Shown here piece after piece: positions 11,872 to 25,850 of a stretch of 64,000 nucleotides of DNA. Every line of letters begins with the position of its first letter. The first letter of the stretch is position 1. The stretch spans positions 16,960,912-17,024,911 of the forward strand of contig NC_092675.1 in assembly GCF_964355755.1 (NCBI RefSeq). The letters are read 5' to 3'. The position numbers and the translations under genes are program-made. The notes beneath the pieces were generated by a model, which was not told the origin of the DNA, did not search any database, and saw only the letters and a list, made by a program, of their open reading frames with translations. The DNA is from Antedon mediterranea (Eukaryota > Animalia > Echinodermata).

Positions 11872-13894
11872 TAACAACAATTTTGACGGTGATTCTCTTT
11901 ACAAAACATATCTTTCTATAATGTTAATTAGAGTGTAGAACCAGCTTAATGATTACTTGATGAAATCTGGTCATCATTCAAAAATCAAAATTTTAAGAGG
12001 TGCTGACGAGAACCATAAATATACTGTATGTCCTGTGGCCTGTTTTATCTACAGTACTCTGCTGACTGTCAGTTAAAGTTAGTAACTTCTTCGATTGGAT
12101 CTTAAAACAAAATGAACATTTTAAATCATTCATGTAATAGTTACAACATACTTAACTTTATAGTCATGCAAACTCACAACATTCAGAACGAATATTTTAT
12201 TCTTCAATGCATTTAAAATTACAAAAAAGGAACAATTTATCGACTGACAATACTAATTAGTTTAGACAATGTAATGTGCACAGTTTTTCAAATACAAATA
12301 AGCAAAGACGATTGACAATTGTAGCATATCCTCACGTCCCCACTATTAAATGTGTCAGTTGAGAGAAAAAAATAATTTAAACGTCAAAATTTAAGACATT
12401 ACTGCGCTTATAAGAGAAACTTGTATGCTTAATGACTCTCTAGGAAGAAATTTGTCTGCAAAAGATTTGAAACAATTTGATAGGTAGCATTTGTTTTTAA
12501 ATATTGTATCGTGAAAAGACTTTGCTAGAGTAGATGGATTGTCATCAATGTGTGAAACATGTTGGCAGTTATGTCTCATATTTAAGGTGTTCTGTCCGTG
12601 TGGATGATAAATTGTCTATTTAGCTGTACCTTTGGGAATCTTTCCCTTGTTGTCGTATAGTATACTACTATGTTAATTATTTCTAATATTTTCATGTTTA
12701 CAGCCATAAAGAACAAGATAGTCATACTTTTGAATTATTTGGTGTTGTGATGGTGTTCTTATTCATGGTTAAAACATTGAAGTTAATATTATTTGTCATA
12801 AATAAAAATCTCCATTGTACAGAATTGCAATGTTTTTGCAGCGCTTTTCTACAGTGTGACTGTAAAACATGTCTACCGAGTATGTATGAAGGGAGATGTG
12901 TGTCTTTTTCAAATTTGCCTTTAGACATATTTACCACACTAGACAATTTCAATGATTTTTATATCACTTGTCATAAAAAAAATATGCTGAAGTAAAAATA
13001 ATAATATGCCTTTATTGAGCATACTTAATATTTTTGACACCTGAGATTTTGTATGACAGAAACAACTGAAAAATGTCCCCTTAGGTTTTTGAAAAAACTG
13101 CTCTTTCTCATCCAGGCATTCAAATTTATCATAGCTATGGAGTTAATAAAAAATAATAAATTAAATGTGATCTATACTATCATCTTAAAATATTATAATA
13201 TGATACAATATAGAAAGTTTGTATTATTTTAATCTCTAAAAATATAATGGGTTTTGTATGATTAGTAATAGTAACAGTACATTTTTGGATTAATATTAGA
13301 ATACACATTTTTGAATATAAATAAATTATGATACAGTTGTTTTTTTAACTGACTATTGAAGTTTCTTGGTGGAAAAAATCTCCAGAATACCCCTAATTAT
13401 TTTGAAATATGTTTGTTTAGGATTGTAGAAAAGGCAAGGGTTCCACCACAACGATATAGTATCATTACAATGATTTTCTGTTTCCTTTAAAGCCATTGAA
13501 AGTTTCAACCACAATATCCATTCAATATAGTAAATTCAGTGTTTGTTTAAATGAGGGGGTGTCTTGAATAAAATAAAACCTTTGTTTTTTAAATGTTCAT
13601 TCATAATAATTGGGTTGTGCACCCACACATTTACAGTAACACATGTTATACAGTACAATCATAAGCTAAAGTAAACCATCTGGAACATGCCCACATACCT
13701 CAAGCCTCTTCAATATTAATTGGAGTTTTCTTTTTGTTTTTCATTGTCCATCTGTTCAATGTTTTCCTACTTGACTGTTATTTTATTGGTATAAAAAATA
13801 AGCACTGTCAAATGATATTCAGCTGTATGAAGTCAATTTATAATTTGTTTCTAAATCTTACGGTATTACATTTTACATTTCTACATTACTCTTA

Positions 13895-14609
13895 GGGCCT
13901 GTTCGTAGGGGTTGAAAATACCAGCTTATTCCCGATTTCCGTTCGCGTGATCCAATTAACTTTTGCCTCAGGCTACAAAAAATTCGAGGTAAAATGTTCA
14001 CCAAATTTGCAGGTTATTTCAGCGATAATCCAATTATACTCGGCCTTCGAGGATAATAAATCTCCGATAGAGGCAATGTGTCAAATTTTGACAAACGTTC
14101 GCTGCCTAGGCCCGTCATTTCTCCTACGAAGCTCTTCCATACACGCTTCGAGAGCGATCGTCAGCTGGTGCTGTCCTTGTTGGTGTAGACCGCTTAGTAG
14201 GCCTAGCTGGTCGGGGAGCCGCTGGTCGGTGGTGTTTCCGTCGTGTAACATTGGGCTCAAATTCTTCGTCAATGAGTAAAATAATGGTCGTCAGGAGAAG
14301 GCATATTTCGGCAGGATTATCGGCGTTAAGAGGCATAAGGTTTGTCGCAAGGATAAGCAGTATAAAAGGTAGCAAGTAATTGTTATTGTAAAGAAAGATC
14401 GCGAGTAAAAATATACAACACGAAACTAGCGTGCGAAAATGGGGTCGTAGGTTGTAAAGACAACTGACCTTAAAACGTAATTTCCGGTTTGTGATTCGTC
14501 GATTAAGCATTTAAGCGGTTAAATATTTCAAGTACGAACAACGCTCAATTTATAACCCGAGGCATGGGTGAAATTAAGCGCTTATTTTAACCACCGTACG
14601 AACACGACC
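13895..14609. mobile_element. PIF/Harbinger-type non-autonomous element
   Basis: Imperfect TIR GGGCCTGTTCGTA / TACGAACACGACC, TTA TSD on both sides, GC-rich interior. Confidence 0.75.
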
Positions 14610-14839
14610 TTATTTCCCAAAAGTACAGTAATTTAAATTTAACCCAGCATTCATTCTCAGGACTGTATTATTAGGTGATCATTTAGAATAAAATGATCAC
14701 CTATTGTTATTGTATGAAATCTTTATTATTGTTTTTCTTATTTATTTCTTTCTGTACATATTTTGTGTGTCAATTATCTAAAAAAGTTAAATGTCAATAA
14801 TCACAAAAATTTCAAAATATATTTAAAATAATTTAGTTT

Positions 14840-16680
14840 AGTCGTAGTTAGTCTTTCAGCGTGATCACTCATCCGTGACGATACTTAAAAGGCGTAAAAA
14901 ATACAAATTTTTTTTTACAAATCGCATTCTACTCACCATCCTTAGTACATTTACCAAATTTGAGTCAGTTCCGACTTAAAATAACGCTATACGAGCAGGT
15001 TAAAAATGACAAAATGTGCAAATTAATTGCATCAAAGTGCTGAAAATTGTGAAAAATAAGGCATTTTTAAAATGAAAATAATTCTTCAGAATGCAAGATG
15101 ACCCCCAATTTTTTTAACTTATTCTGGAAGTCATTGAGTTGTAGATATGAATTTTACGTACAAAATGTTATGACGTCATCAAAGAGCCACTTGAATTTAA
15201 AATTAATTTTTTTTTCTCTTTCGTCATATTTGATCACATTCAATAGAACGCATCTCTGTTATTTTGTGCCCGATTTTTGCTCAAATTTTAGTATGTGATT
15301 GCTCAATTAATTGACTTTCTCATGACTTGCCACTATTTTTATTTTGACGACGTTATCACACGTAAAAAATTGAATAACGTAGGTCGTTTAATTTCACCTT
15401 CGCCATAAATTTGAATATCTTACAGCTCTTCGGAATTGAAGGTTACCTTGATGATTATAATTTATTATGAAAGCTGATGAAATGCAGATATGAATTCATA
15501 TAAAAAACAAGCCAATCGGATGTTGTGACGTTAACATATGGCCAGTTGAAGTTAAAAAGTAGTTTTTTCATCTTTTTCGTCAAAGTTATACAAATTTCAA
15601 AGAGCGCGCACAGCGCTTCTACGTGCCAAATTCTCTTCCAATTCTTATATTTATTTGCTCAATTCATTATCTTTCGAAATTGTCATCTTCGAGTTTATTT
15701 TGATAATTACTGCTATTTGTTTATCCTTTAGGGCCTGTTTCTGTTGAGCAGAAATAATTGATTATTAACCGTTTATTTTTTTAATCGATTATTTTTGGGC
15801 AGCAGAAACGGCGCAAAATAAAATAACCGATTAAAAATAACCGATTAAAAACACTCAATCCATTCCGTGTTTTAATCGATTATTTCTTGTTTTAACCGAT
15901 TATTGCCGAGCAGTTTTGAGCTGCAACACAAATAGTGATTATTGACCTCACTTTGACCTCTAGAGTATGACAAACTTATTCACGTCACAAAGCATGCTGT
16001 TTATTTGCGCGATATCGACAATCAGCAAAACCACGATCGCGATGTAGACCGAATAACAATGAAATGTTAAACATTTGATTTTTATTATTTTTTGGGGGAC
16101 AATTATACCGAGAGACTCCAGGATTCTGTGTTACAAGTACACCCGTTACATACCACCAGTCCAGGCTAACGATGTTTTACATTTTTTAGGCCTGTTGTCT
16201 GTTGACTTGTTTCGGTAGAAATATATAGCCTATAGACCTAGCAGGCCGAAGGTAGAACCAACGAACGGCGAAACGAACTTTTTTCGCCGACGTGTCCTTA
16301 TTAATATACTGTAACATCATTATTCTGTTGTATGTTATATGATAGTAGGCCTAGATGTTTATTTTACAAATAATATAGCTTTACGTAAGAGTAATTTTTA
16401 ATCCTACATGTGAGAGTTTTAGGCAGCGATAGGATGTAAACAAACCAACTCTCATCGGCCTTTCATAACTTGAACTGCGCTGTGGGGGAATGATAACGTG
16501 ATTTTAAAAACCGATTAAAGTCGATCGTAGCAATTTTCAATTGCAACGCGATTATTTTTGTGGTTTGCGGTGACTGGAAAAAATCAATTATTTTGATTTT
16601 TTCAGCAGAAACAGACCCTTAAATTCAAAAAAGTGATATAGCCCATCAATAAACATCAGTGTGCCAAATGCGAGTGGTTT
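14840..16680 (+). mobile_element. Degenerate Helentron/DINE-1-like element (opposite orientation to the 38.5-41.7 kb copies), interrupted by a MITE
   Basis: Reverse-complement similarity to the 38.9-39.6 kb region (e.g. GCCAATCGGATGTTGTGACGT) and to 42250-42365. Boundaries approximate. Confidence 0.6.
15731..16618. mobile_element. PIF/Harbinger-type MITE nested in an older repeat
   Basis: TIR GGGCCTGTTTCTG / CAGAAACAGACCC, TTA TSD at 15728-15730 and 16619-16621, subterminal AACCGATTA repeats. Confidence 0.85.
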
Positions 16681-18439
16681 TGGAGGAGATACATAAAATA
16701 CGTGAAAAATGTAGTTAGCATTAATATACTGTATAGATTATTAATATTATTATTAATTATTGTATGAGAGGTAATACCTTAAAGTGAACTAGAGGCAACA
16801 CCTGAAAATCTGACATAGAACCAAAACAAGATATTGTTCCCATAGGCCTTTTTCACAAACACCTGCGTCTCTAGTGATTGATGTAAAGAGCAGTATGTAT
16901 AGACAAGCTTCAACTGTGATTTCAATATAGGTCATTGATGCATGTAATACTTATAACCTACTGAGACTATGGCACTAATAACTTGATGTCTTCAACATTA
17001 TGTAAAAAGTATCAAATCCATAAATAATTTGACTCTTGACACATCATTTTTGGGCGCTAAAACTAATTTTTATGTGCACGTTGCACATTTGAAATGCATT
17101 TGTAATCACTGACATCATGGTACGCTACTGTGGGTTTACAGTATGTCACTCTTGCAACCTGACTTCAGGCTTACATACAACAAGGCTTAATTCTACCCCT
17201 ATTATTTGGAACCATCTCCGCTCATTGCATGCATATCGCTCAGTGCTTTGCACCTCAGCTCATTATTCTACCAATGTCACTTTGACCCCCACCCCAAAAA
17301 ATAGTTTCTGTACTCATACTGTAGGTTGCATTTGGATTTTCTTTTGACCTCAAGAAATTCATTGTGAATTCAGTTGATTATCCCAGAACAATAGTTATTA
17401 AGTGGCAGTTTAGTCATGATCAGCATCAAATCTGATTCTTGGTACTGTATATAAATTTGTCCAGATATTATAGGCAAATTTGGTGATCAGCATCAGCATC
17501 AGCATCTCATATGTTCCACGTGTTCCTGTATCATAGATCCTAACCTAACCCTTAATTAAACCTAACTTTCCATGATAAAAATGATCATAGCTATAGTGCC
17601 ATGAAATGTTATTATCTGTGCGACACTTTATTCAAGGATGCTTTTTTAAGAGAGCAATGTTTTTTACCAATTGCTGAACTGCAATTTCCATTTTAAGTAA
17701 AGTTAACTCTTTAAACATATTGTTGTAGATAAAAGTAAAATAAATGCCTTTTAAAATAATATGCATTTCTGACCCTAGTTAGCTAACACTTACCTAGACC
17801 TATCTAATGATCTGCATAAGTACCATTTTTACCAAATAAGCATAAGTAATTTCACTGAATTTCAATTTGTGTTTATAAATTATTCTACTTTCATATATTT
17901 AAGAGCATTGCTATTAAGCAAGACCTACAGGGAATGAATATTAAAAAATAATAAAAAATCAATTGTAATAGACCTACATTTCTTTGAAGTTAAGTGAATC
18001 TCTTTTGAAAGGAGAAAGGAGAGCATCTCCAATTTTTGTTTTCAATCAGCACATCCAGTTCAGTCATTTGCAATTAATATCACTCATGTACTGCATGCAT
18101 TACTTCTAAAACTAACATTTATAAAGCCGATATTGAACTAAAAGAAATGCAATTTTGTAGTATAATCAGTAAATATGAAAGGTCAAAGTATAAACCGTAA
18201 ACTGCAAAAAAGACATTTTACCAATTTCTTATGATGCCTTTTTCAATGTTCATTGTTTATGAAATAAATATATAGCCGAGAAAAAGAAAGTCTATTCACT
18301 ATTTCATCTCAATGCACAACATCATTCCTGCAATTTCAACTTTTTTTAAAACATGTTGTATTGTGTCTTTTAAAAAGGACTTGTTTATAAATAAATGATA
18401 TATCGGTATCATACGACGTAATGCTCTCATGTTACGAAA

Positions 18440-18605
18440 GAAAATGATGACGGTGGTACGTTCCCACATGAGGGCGTTGTTGCGGACTGGTCCATTATAA
18501 ATACAGGGGTTTTCACTTTCGTATCCAAAGCCCTCCCTCTGGAGAGCACGGGCTATTGTCGGTTTATACAGGTAAGCTAGCACTCATAGACTACTAACAC
18601 CACTA
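18440..18605 (+). mobile_element. Solo terminal repeat of a DIRS-like element
   Basis: Colinear diverged match to 57922-58103: AAATGATGACGGT, CCCACnnGAGGG, GCGGACTG, TTTATnCAGGTAAGC, ATAGACTACnAACACCA. Confidence 0.7.
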
Positions 18606-18950
18606 CTGGTTTGTGTAATATATTGATACTGGTTCATTGTTGTTGACCAATGAAGACGAATGAACAGTGTTTGGTGACACAAAGTTTTATGTGGCATCTA
18701 GTACATTTCAAGACAGTTTTTATTGTGTTATAAGATATTATTTCATACAAGTATATTTTTGCATTTTCTTTGAATGGTTTAATAAGTTTCCTTCTTTGCC
18801 TTCAAACTTGATATGCATCACAATAAATTAATTTATGATAGTAAATGAAATGTAAAACTGAAATATGAGCAGATTTGTTTACCTGATTTGAAAATGAGTA
18901 TCAAATGTTATTTAATCGGTAATTGTGGTCATTTCACGGTCAAGATGACC

Positions 18951-19002
18951 ATTCACCTGAAATTCTACACAATTCTATTCACCTGAAATTCTACACAATT
19001 CT
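18951..19002. repeat. Perfect 26-bp tandem duplication
   Basis: ATTCACCTGAAATTCTACACAATTCT x2. Confidence 0.85.
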
Positions 19003-19314
19003 GTTACTGCTCAGTCATTTAATAATAAAAGCGCTTTCGATTTATGAGTAGCGAGGACACATGTCCCAATATCTCCACATGCACGCACACTAACATGATG
19101 TAGGTTGGTTGTTGGTCGTAGCAAATTGAAAGCTCCCTATTTATTCTATTCTTTACAAGTTTTTATATGACGCCCAACAAAGAACAAAGAGCCTAACAAT
19201 ACTTAGTAATTAATTAAAAAGAAAAGTTTTAAGTTGACGGTTAAATAGATTGTAATATAAAGATTGTTTGCCTCACTGCAGTGTTATAAATCATCCTTAA
19301 ATAATAAAAAGAAA

Positions 19315-20390
19315 CTATGTTTTAACTCGTCACTTTGACTAGTTAGTTATCCGCACAACAACACCACGTGCACGTATGCTAGACAATGCGAACAGAAAAA
19401 GATTACAGCACTTATGACCTGATCATAATATGTTGGTGCAAAATTCTGTCTATTTTGTGCCTTATAGTATATAGCATAGTTTACTGGACCCACCTTTTAT
19501 TCAAATTTTTAACATGATAACGTCATCAAAATTAAACATGAAGATAACAGTTTCAGAAGATAATTGTTTTAGCAGCAACATATTAAAATGTTGAAGAAAT
19601 TCTGATACATAGAATCAAGATACGCGCTCTTTTAAATTTGATGAACTATGACGCAAAAGATAAAAATCCAACTTTTTTTATTCAACATATGATGACGTCA
19701 CAACATCCGATTGGATGTAAAGATGAAAATAAGTGACCCACGTTGTCAAATTTTTGGAAGTGATGACGTCATCCAAATAAAAATAGTTGTAACTCATGCG
19801 AAAGATAATTGATTAACCTAGACAATATTACAAACTGGGGGAAAATAGAGTACGAATAAGTGAGATGCATTCTATTAAATGCGATTGCTAAGACGAAAAA
19901 GACAACTTGTCGAGCAACAAAGTTTGAATTCATATCTACAACTCATTAGCTTTCAAAATAAGTTGAAAAAATGGTGGGTCAACAGTCTTCCTGAATAGAT
20001 AATAGATTTGAAATAGGCATATTTTTTCATAAATTTGCATTGAATTTGCAATTTTTAAGCGCACGGTTTTAAATAGTTTAACATTATTCTGCAATTAATA
20101 TTAATAAAAATGAATGAAATCTATCACAGAAGGTGTGAAGAACAAAAATCAATTGCAAAAACGGCCTTTCTATGCTATGTACAAGCTGTGCGTGCAACGG
20201 CAAAAAAATGGAAAATTTTGAAATGCTCAAAATGTCCTGAAACGTATAGAAAATGTGCATGTAACTTTGTGTAAAACATGCCATTTTTAATCCACAGAAA
20301 GTTGATATGAATTAAATTTTCAACAAGTGTCAATACAAAATGACTTTTGTTTTTTAATTCATCATCTGTGCAGAACCTCATTTTAGTATA
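19315..20390 (-). mobile_element. Degenerate Helentron/DINE-1-like copy (same family as 38459-41660)
   Basis: AACTCGTCACTTTGACTAGTTAGTTATCCGC terminus and colinear internal similarity with deletions. Confidence 0.8.
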
Positions 20391-21818
20391 GTCGCAATTT
20401 AATTAAATATTTAATAAATTTAGCTACGATGTTTGTACTCTTTACTGTACATTACCAATGTTTACCAGTAGGCCAACAAAACTAAGCTAGAGTAGGCCTA
20501 AGTCCATCCGCAAGAGGACATTCGACGCGAGCTATATAGTGCATCGTTTTTCTCTTTTTTCTTGTACTTAACCATAACATACAAGGACTGACCTAGGTTA
20601 ATGTTTTTAAAAGTAACAATGCATTATATTTACAAAACATCAACAATTGTAAGGAAAGTGAAAATTCAGTATTAGGAACAGTTGCAGTATTACTTTAGAA
20701 GTGATTACAATTTTAAATTTACATTGTGATTATTTCCAACAATGGCTTGCGACAATAATCTGAAAATAAATGCTTAATGTCAATGTTTCTGAACAATTTA
20801 ACGTACTGTAGTATAAATGCCATCTGATGTAATAAGCTGTGTGTCGGCAAAACTATTGAAATTGTGTGTCGATAGAAAAGCGTGCACAAGGTGAAACAAA
20901 GACCTTTAATTTTCAAATGTTTTATAGCTTTCACATTTTATTATATATCCATTATTGTACATTACACATTATACAATGCCATTTATGAAAATTGGAAATC
21001 ATCTTTTGTACACAATAGAGAGAGAGATGCTTCTAAAAACTACTTTCAGTGTCTTTACTACTACTTTATCAAGATGTAGCCATACTAAAATGACATTTAA
21101 ATTTCTTCTCTACATTTTTATGTGAGTAAATACGAATACGAATACAAGAAGTTTAAACAAGTTTTTTCCATTAGTTTTCATCAAGCTAATAAAGCCAGTT
21201 TATAACATTCTGTACTTTAGAAATGATCTACATACAATGATGTACATGGTAGCACACAAAACTGACAATCTAATTTAATAGAGGATCGACATGTCTATAA
21301 GAACTGCAGTTTTCGTAACTAATTTTAACATAACAACATTTTTTCATTTCACAGCCTAATTTTTGCTATAGCTAAAACTGATTCTTGGTTTCATTGTGGA
21401 TTAGTATCACTACAAAGAGAGTCAGATAAAAAAAAATATTTAAAAAAAAAAGGGTTTTTTTTTGTAGTTTTCTAGATACCGGAAATTCTGTTAAAATTTT
21501 CCTTTTTCCTTTTACAAAAACAGTACTACAGCAAAATGTATGTATACCGGTAATTAGTATGTAAAAAAAAGCTAGACTAGAACAATCATGTCATGGTCAA
21601 TACGTGACTAGTTGATGTTTCTCACAATCACTAATGGTTTTGAATGTCTTTTCCCAAGTTAAAAGATCATTTTCCTATTGGGTTACCCAGTAGGAAGCGC
21701 AATGGATAGGATAGATACAACAACCATTGGAACCATTTGTATGTTAATGGCTTCTTTTCTGATCTGGTTTGCTAGTATGGGGTGCTTGCAACAGGTGCCT
21801 AATAACCTTCATATCTTT

Positions 21819-22591
21819 GGCCCTGTTTCTGCTGCCAACTAAATACCGTATATTATACGGTATTTTTTTAATACCGTATATATACGGTATATTTTTGGCA
21901 GCAGAAACTGCGCTCATAAAAAATATACCGTATTTTGTATACCGTATTTTCCCCACAAAATTTGTGGATAAAATACGGTATTTACAAATTTATACCGTAT
22001 TTTTTGTACCCGTTTCTGCTGCCTATAAAAAATACCGTATTTTTTTTTTACATGACAAAAGGTCAACATTCGTGTTTTTATTTTCTGTCGCTGTACACAC
22101 GTGTATAGATATATTCGGCGAAAATGTGGAGCGAAGACGTCACAGTTTTACTAAATAAATGTGTGTGGGGAAGCTAAAATGTCTGGCCAACTAAAAGGTA
22201 ATAAAAGGGACAACCACATTTATAAAGACGTTTCTAAAAAAATAAAGCAGGAGTATGGAATAGACTTGTCTCCAAAGCAAGTAAACTCAAAGCTGAAGAG
22301 CCTGCGAAAGCAGTACAACATTGCAAAATACAATAACTCGGGGAGGGAACGAATTAATTGTCCTCATTACGATGTTTTCTGTACTCTCACAACATCTCTA
22401 TCACAAGGGCTAGGCCGTGAGTGAGACGTAAAACTTCCTTTATTGCAACTTTTAATTATCGACCAAATAAATGAATGGCAATTTGGATAAAAAAGATCGA
22501 CCACCCAAGAAGTATTGTTAGCAGAAATGGGGTACTAAAAAATACCGTATTTTTATACCGTATTTTGAGCAGTTGCAGCAGAAACAGGTCC
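21819..22591 (+). mobile_element. Harbinger deletion derivative carrying a Myb/SANT-like (trihelix) ORF remnant
   Basis: TIR GGCCCTGTTTCTGCTGC / GCAGCAGAAACAGGTCC, TTT flanks, many ATACCGTAT repeats. Frameshifted MWSED...WGEAKMSGQLKGNKRDNHIYKDVSKKIKQEYGIDLSPKQVNSKLKSLRKQY at about 22124-22424. Confidence 0.85.
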
Positions 22592-25500
22592 TTTGTTAAC
22601 TAAAGTTAACTACCTATCTGTAGAATTGAATTAATTTGTTACTTTTTGTGTTAAAATCTAAAGATATATCATTTAAAGTTGTCTGAAACTTGTACAATGT
22701 TGCCTTTTCATTTAATTTTCTTTTTATTACCATTTTATATTCTGAAAACTTGCATTTTGTTTTGGTAAAAGAGAGATTTAAAAATCTTAATACATTATTT
22801 AAACATTTTTCTCCCCTGAATAATATTTGTTCGAATTTCAGTCTAACTTTTAAAACAATACAATTTAAACCTAAGAAGAAATAAAGTAATAGTGATATAC
22901 ATTTTTTTTTAATTATCCATTTGCTTTAAAATTTACAATTTATAAATTAGTATTTTTTAATTAAAAAAAAAAGTTATTTGTACCATACATACAACAAATT
23001 AAATTCACAACATTAATACAGAAAATGTTTTTTTTTTTTTTTCGTAAGTAATGTTTTCATGCGTGTGGTCACACATAGTCATCAATTCCACTTAACACTG
23101 GTTCACTGTGTGACGCTACTTGTCCTACATTTAATAAAAGAACTATTGATGAACAAGATTTACTTTTTAGCATATATGCATTATATCTAATCACCTTCCA
23201 AAATATAGTCTTGCTCTCACTCTCAGAATTAATATTTTGGAATGCTTTGACAGCTAGCATTTAATAGACCAAATGAACCCCACTTGAAAATATATAGTAG
23301 GCATCAATAGCCTAATGTAAAAATCACTATCTTCTATGCTCTGACATTGGACACTGTCAGTCCAATCATGTTTAGGTTTCTGGAAAATCAATGTTACGGT
23401 ACTGGAAAATCTAGGCCGGTCATTGGAAAACCCAGCTGTCTGGAAAGTGCAGTTTTCAGAATGCATTTTAATAGAATTTTAGGGAGATTTTTCACAGTAT
23501 TCAAAAACTGAGCATACAGTAGGTGAAATTGAATATTGAATATGCATATCGTGTTTTCATTAATAATTACCAGTAAGTATGTCAAACATAAGCATAAGCA
23601 ATGTCTTTAAGTGACAACTGTCTCAAGATTTTAAAAGTAAGCAAATGATGAATTTTAAACCAGTTTCACTTGACACAAATCACATATTCGATATTATAAA
23701 AAAAATTGATTGGGAAAAAGAAAAGTGGAACAATGATGCATGTTTTATTTATTACCCTGAACTTCTTTTGGAATCAACACTGCTCTGAACTGATTCTGGG
23801 TATACAGTAACTAGAAGAGGTAGAAAAATGCTTTATTTGATCACTGGATAGATAGACAGAATTGTTTTTCATTCATTTAATTTTTACAATACATCTTAAA
23901 TGTTATGTTTGTATCCACTAGCGAATTTTGGTTTAGTTCTGTGAAAGTTTCAAGAAAGCAAATTAGCATTAATTTTACTAGTCAATAGAAGTAACTATTT
24001 TAAATCTACTAGCAAATTGCCAAGCCCTATAGATCCTGATATTGATAACAATTATTACTTTTTAGATGTATCTAAGAACATACTGAATAGTGGCCTAAAA
24101 TTAATATGCATATATACATCTGTATTTTGTAGTTTACTTAATACAATAGAACAAAAACAAATTTGAGTTAAAATAAATTGTTAAATAAATCAAAGATCTC
24201 AATTTCTTCTGAAGATGATGAATAGATGAATTTATGGTAATCAGGCAAAAGGCAGGAAAAATTTGCAGAAGAAAAGTAAACCTTAACTAGATCCATAATT
24301 GTCCAATAATCGTTGTACAAAGAATTTGCAATCATAATGCTGCATAAAGTATAGACTTGTTGTCGTGTTATCTACAATTCATAAAGACTTCCACATTTAT
24401 AAGATTCCTAATACTTACTCTTTATATGTTTTCTGTATATTTTAGATTCATTTGCAACATACATCAACTTGGATTTCTACTAATGGTTGTTTTAAAGCTA
24501 AAAGAAATGCTTAAAATCCCTTGCTTCTTAGCAAACACAGTATCAAATTTCCCTATTGATGCATGTCTTAATTATAGAATACTTCATACACTTGGTTACT
24601 CAACTTGTGATGTCTCTATTAAAATGTTTATTACTTTGTTGTAATATAATTTGTCTAGAGATAATCCTACTAAACTTTACATGTTTTTATCCTATCTATA
24701 TTATAATAAACTTTTCTTTAAACAAGAAACTGGCTTGTTAGTTTTGATGAAATTAACTAAACATTATACAGTAACTTGTTAGTATCGTAAGGTCTTTATT
24801 ACAACAGAGGGGCTTTCTGGTATTTGATATTTTCAAGGCATTTTTTCAGATAACTTAATCCTTATAATTAGAAGGGTGATAATAATGCGAAATCGCAGAT
24901 ACTTTTCTGAATCAGATACTAGGGCAATTTTTGTAAGCAAGTAACTTGAGAGAACTCATACTATGATCCTAATGCATTTAGGAGTATTTAATCTACTCTG
25001 CCCTATCATGGTAATAATAATATGACAATGTCAAGTAATATAAGGCCTGGATTCAGGCCTAATCATACTGTGTCAGGTTTAAGTTAAAGCTAAAAAAAAA
25101 TAAAACTTGTATTTCAATCATCATCAAGAACTATTATTATTATTTTATGAGATAAAGTTAACTCTTTCAATACCGGACTTTCTGAAAACCAGACTTTCTT
25201 GAGGCCCAAAAAATCCTAAATAAATTTTTCCCATTAAAAAAAACATTCCAAATACCAGGTTTTTTTTCCAAGAAACCAAACATATAGGCCAGCCCAAAGC
25301 TGTCCAGTATTGGAAGAGTTGACTGTGTATTGGTGTAAAAATCCCAAACAAAATGTTGTTTTCGTACGAACTGATGGCAGTTGCATATAACCTTCAAGGC
25401 TCACTCAGTGTTCTCTCCAGGATTCACATCAAGCGCCACGCTTCCGTACCCCTGGGGGTTGGATACCGACACTAAGTACATGAGTCCCAGTCAATGTGAG

Positions 25501-25619
25501 GCGATTTTTGGTATTTGACATCCTAGATGAATTTGTATATTATTATTATGAAAAAGTAAACAAACAACTTGATTATTAGTTATTTTAAATACAAGACTTG
25601 TTTTTATTGTATTTTGCAG

Positions 25620-25716
25620 CTAGTGTTGGTAGTGGTGTTATTCATTACAGTGGTCATCAACATTGTCTTCATTGCGGACACTGGCAAACGTCTACGAGAG
25701 CAAGTTATTGTAGAAG
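25620..25716 (+). CDS. POMGNT1: POMGNT1 coding exon 2 (type II transmembrane anchor)
   Basis: ttttgcag|LVLVVVLFITVVINIVFIADTGKRLREQVIVE-G|gtaaga, similar to human VLFLLVTVIVNIKLILDT. 97 nt, phase 0 to 1. Confidence 0.92.
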
Positions 25717-25850
25717 GTAAGAGATATGGATATGGTTGTACAGTATGCTTAAGTGTAACACTCCCTCAGGCTAAATTAGGACCCCAAACTTTGGTAAATT
25801 CATTCTTAATGCAATCCCCCTATTATTTACCAAATGTTATTATGTTATTA

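Noticed and set aside
13947-14510. ORFs inside the 13895-14609 element as a transposase or captured gene
   Set aside because: May be a decayed Harbinger ORF start, but I cannot identify DDE or other diagnostic motifs.
21769-22158. Tyr/Ile/Arg-rich ORFs (also 29927-30360)
   Set aside because: Translation artefacts of the ATACCGTAT subterminal repeats of Harbinger elements.
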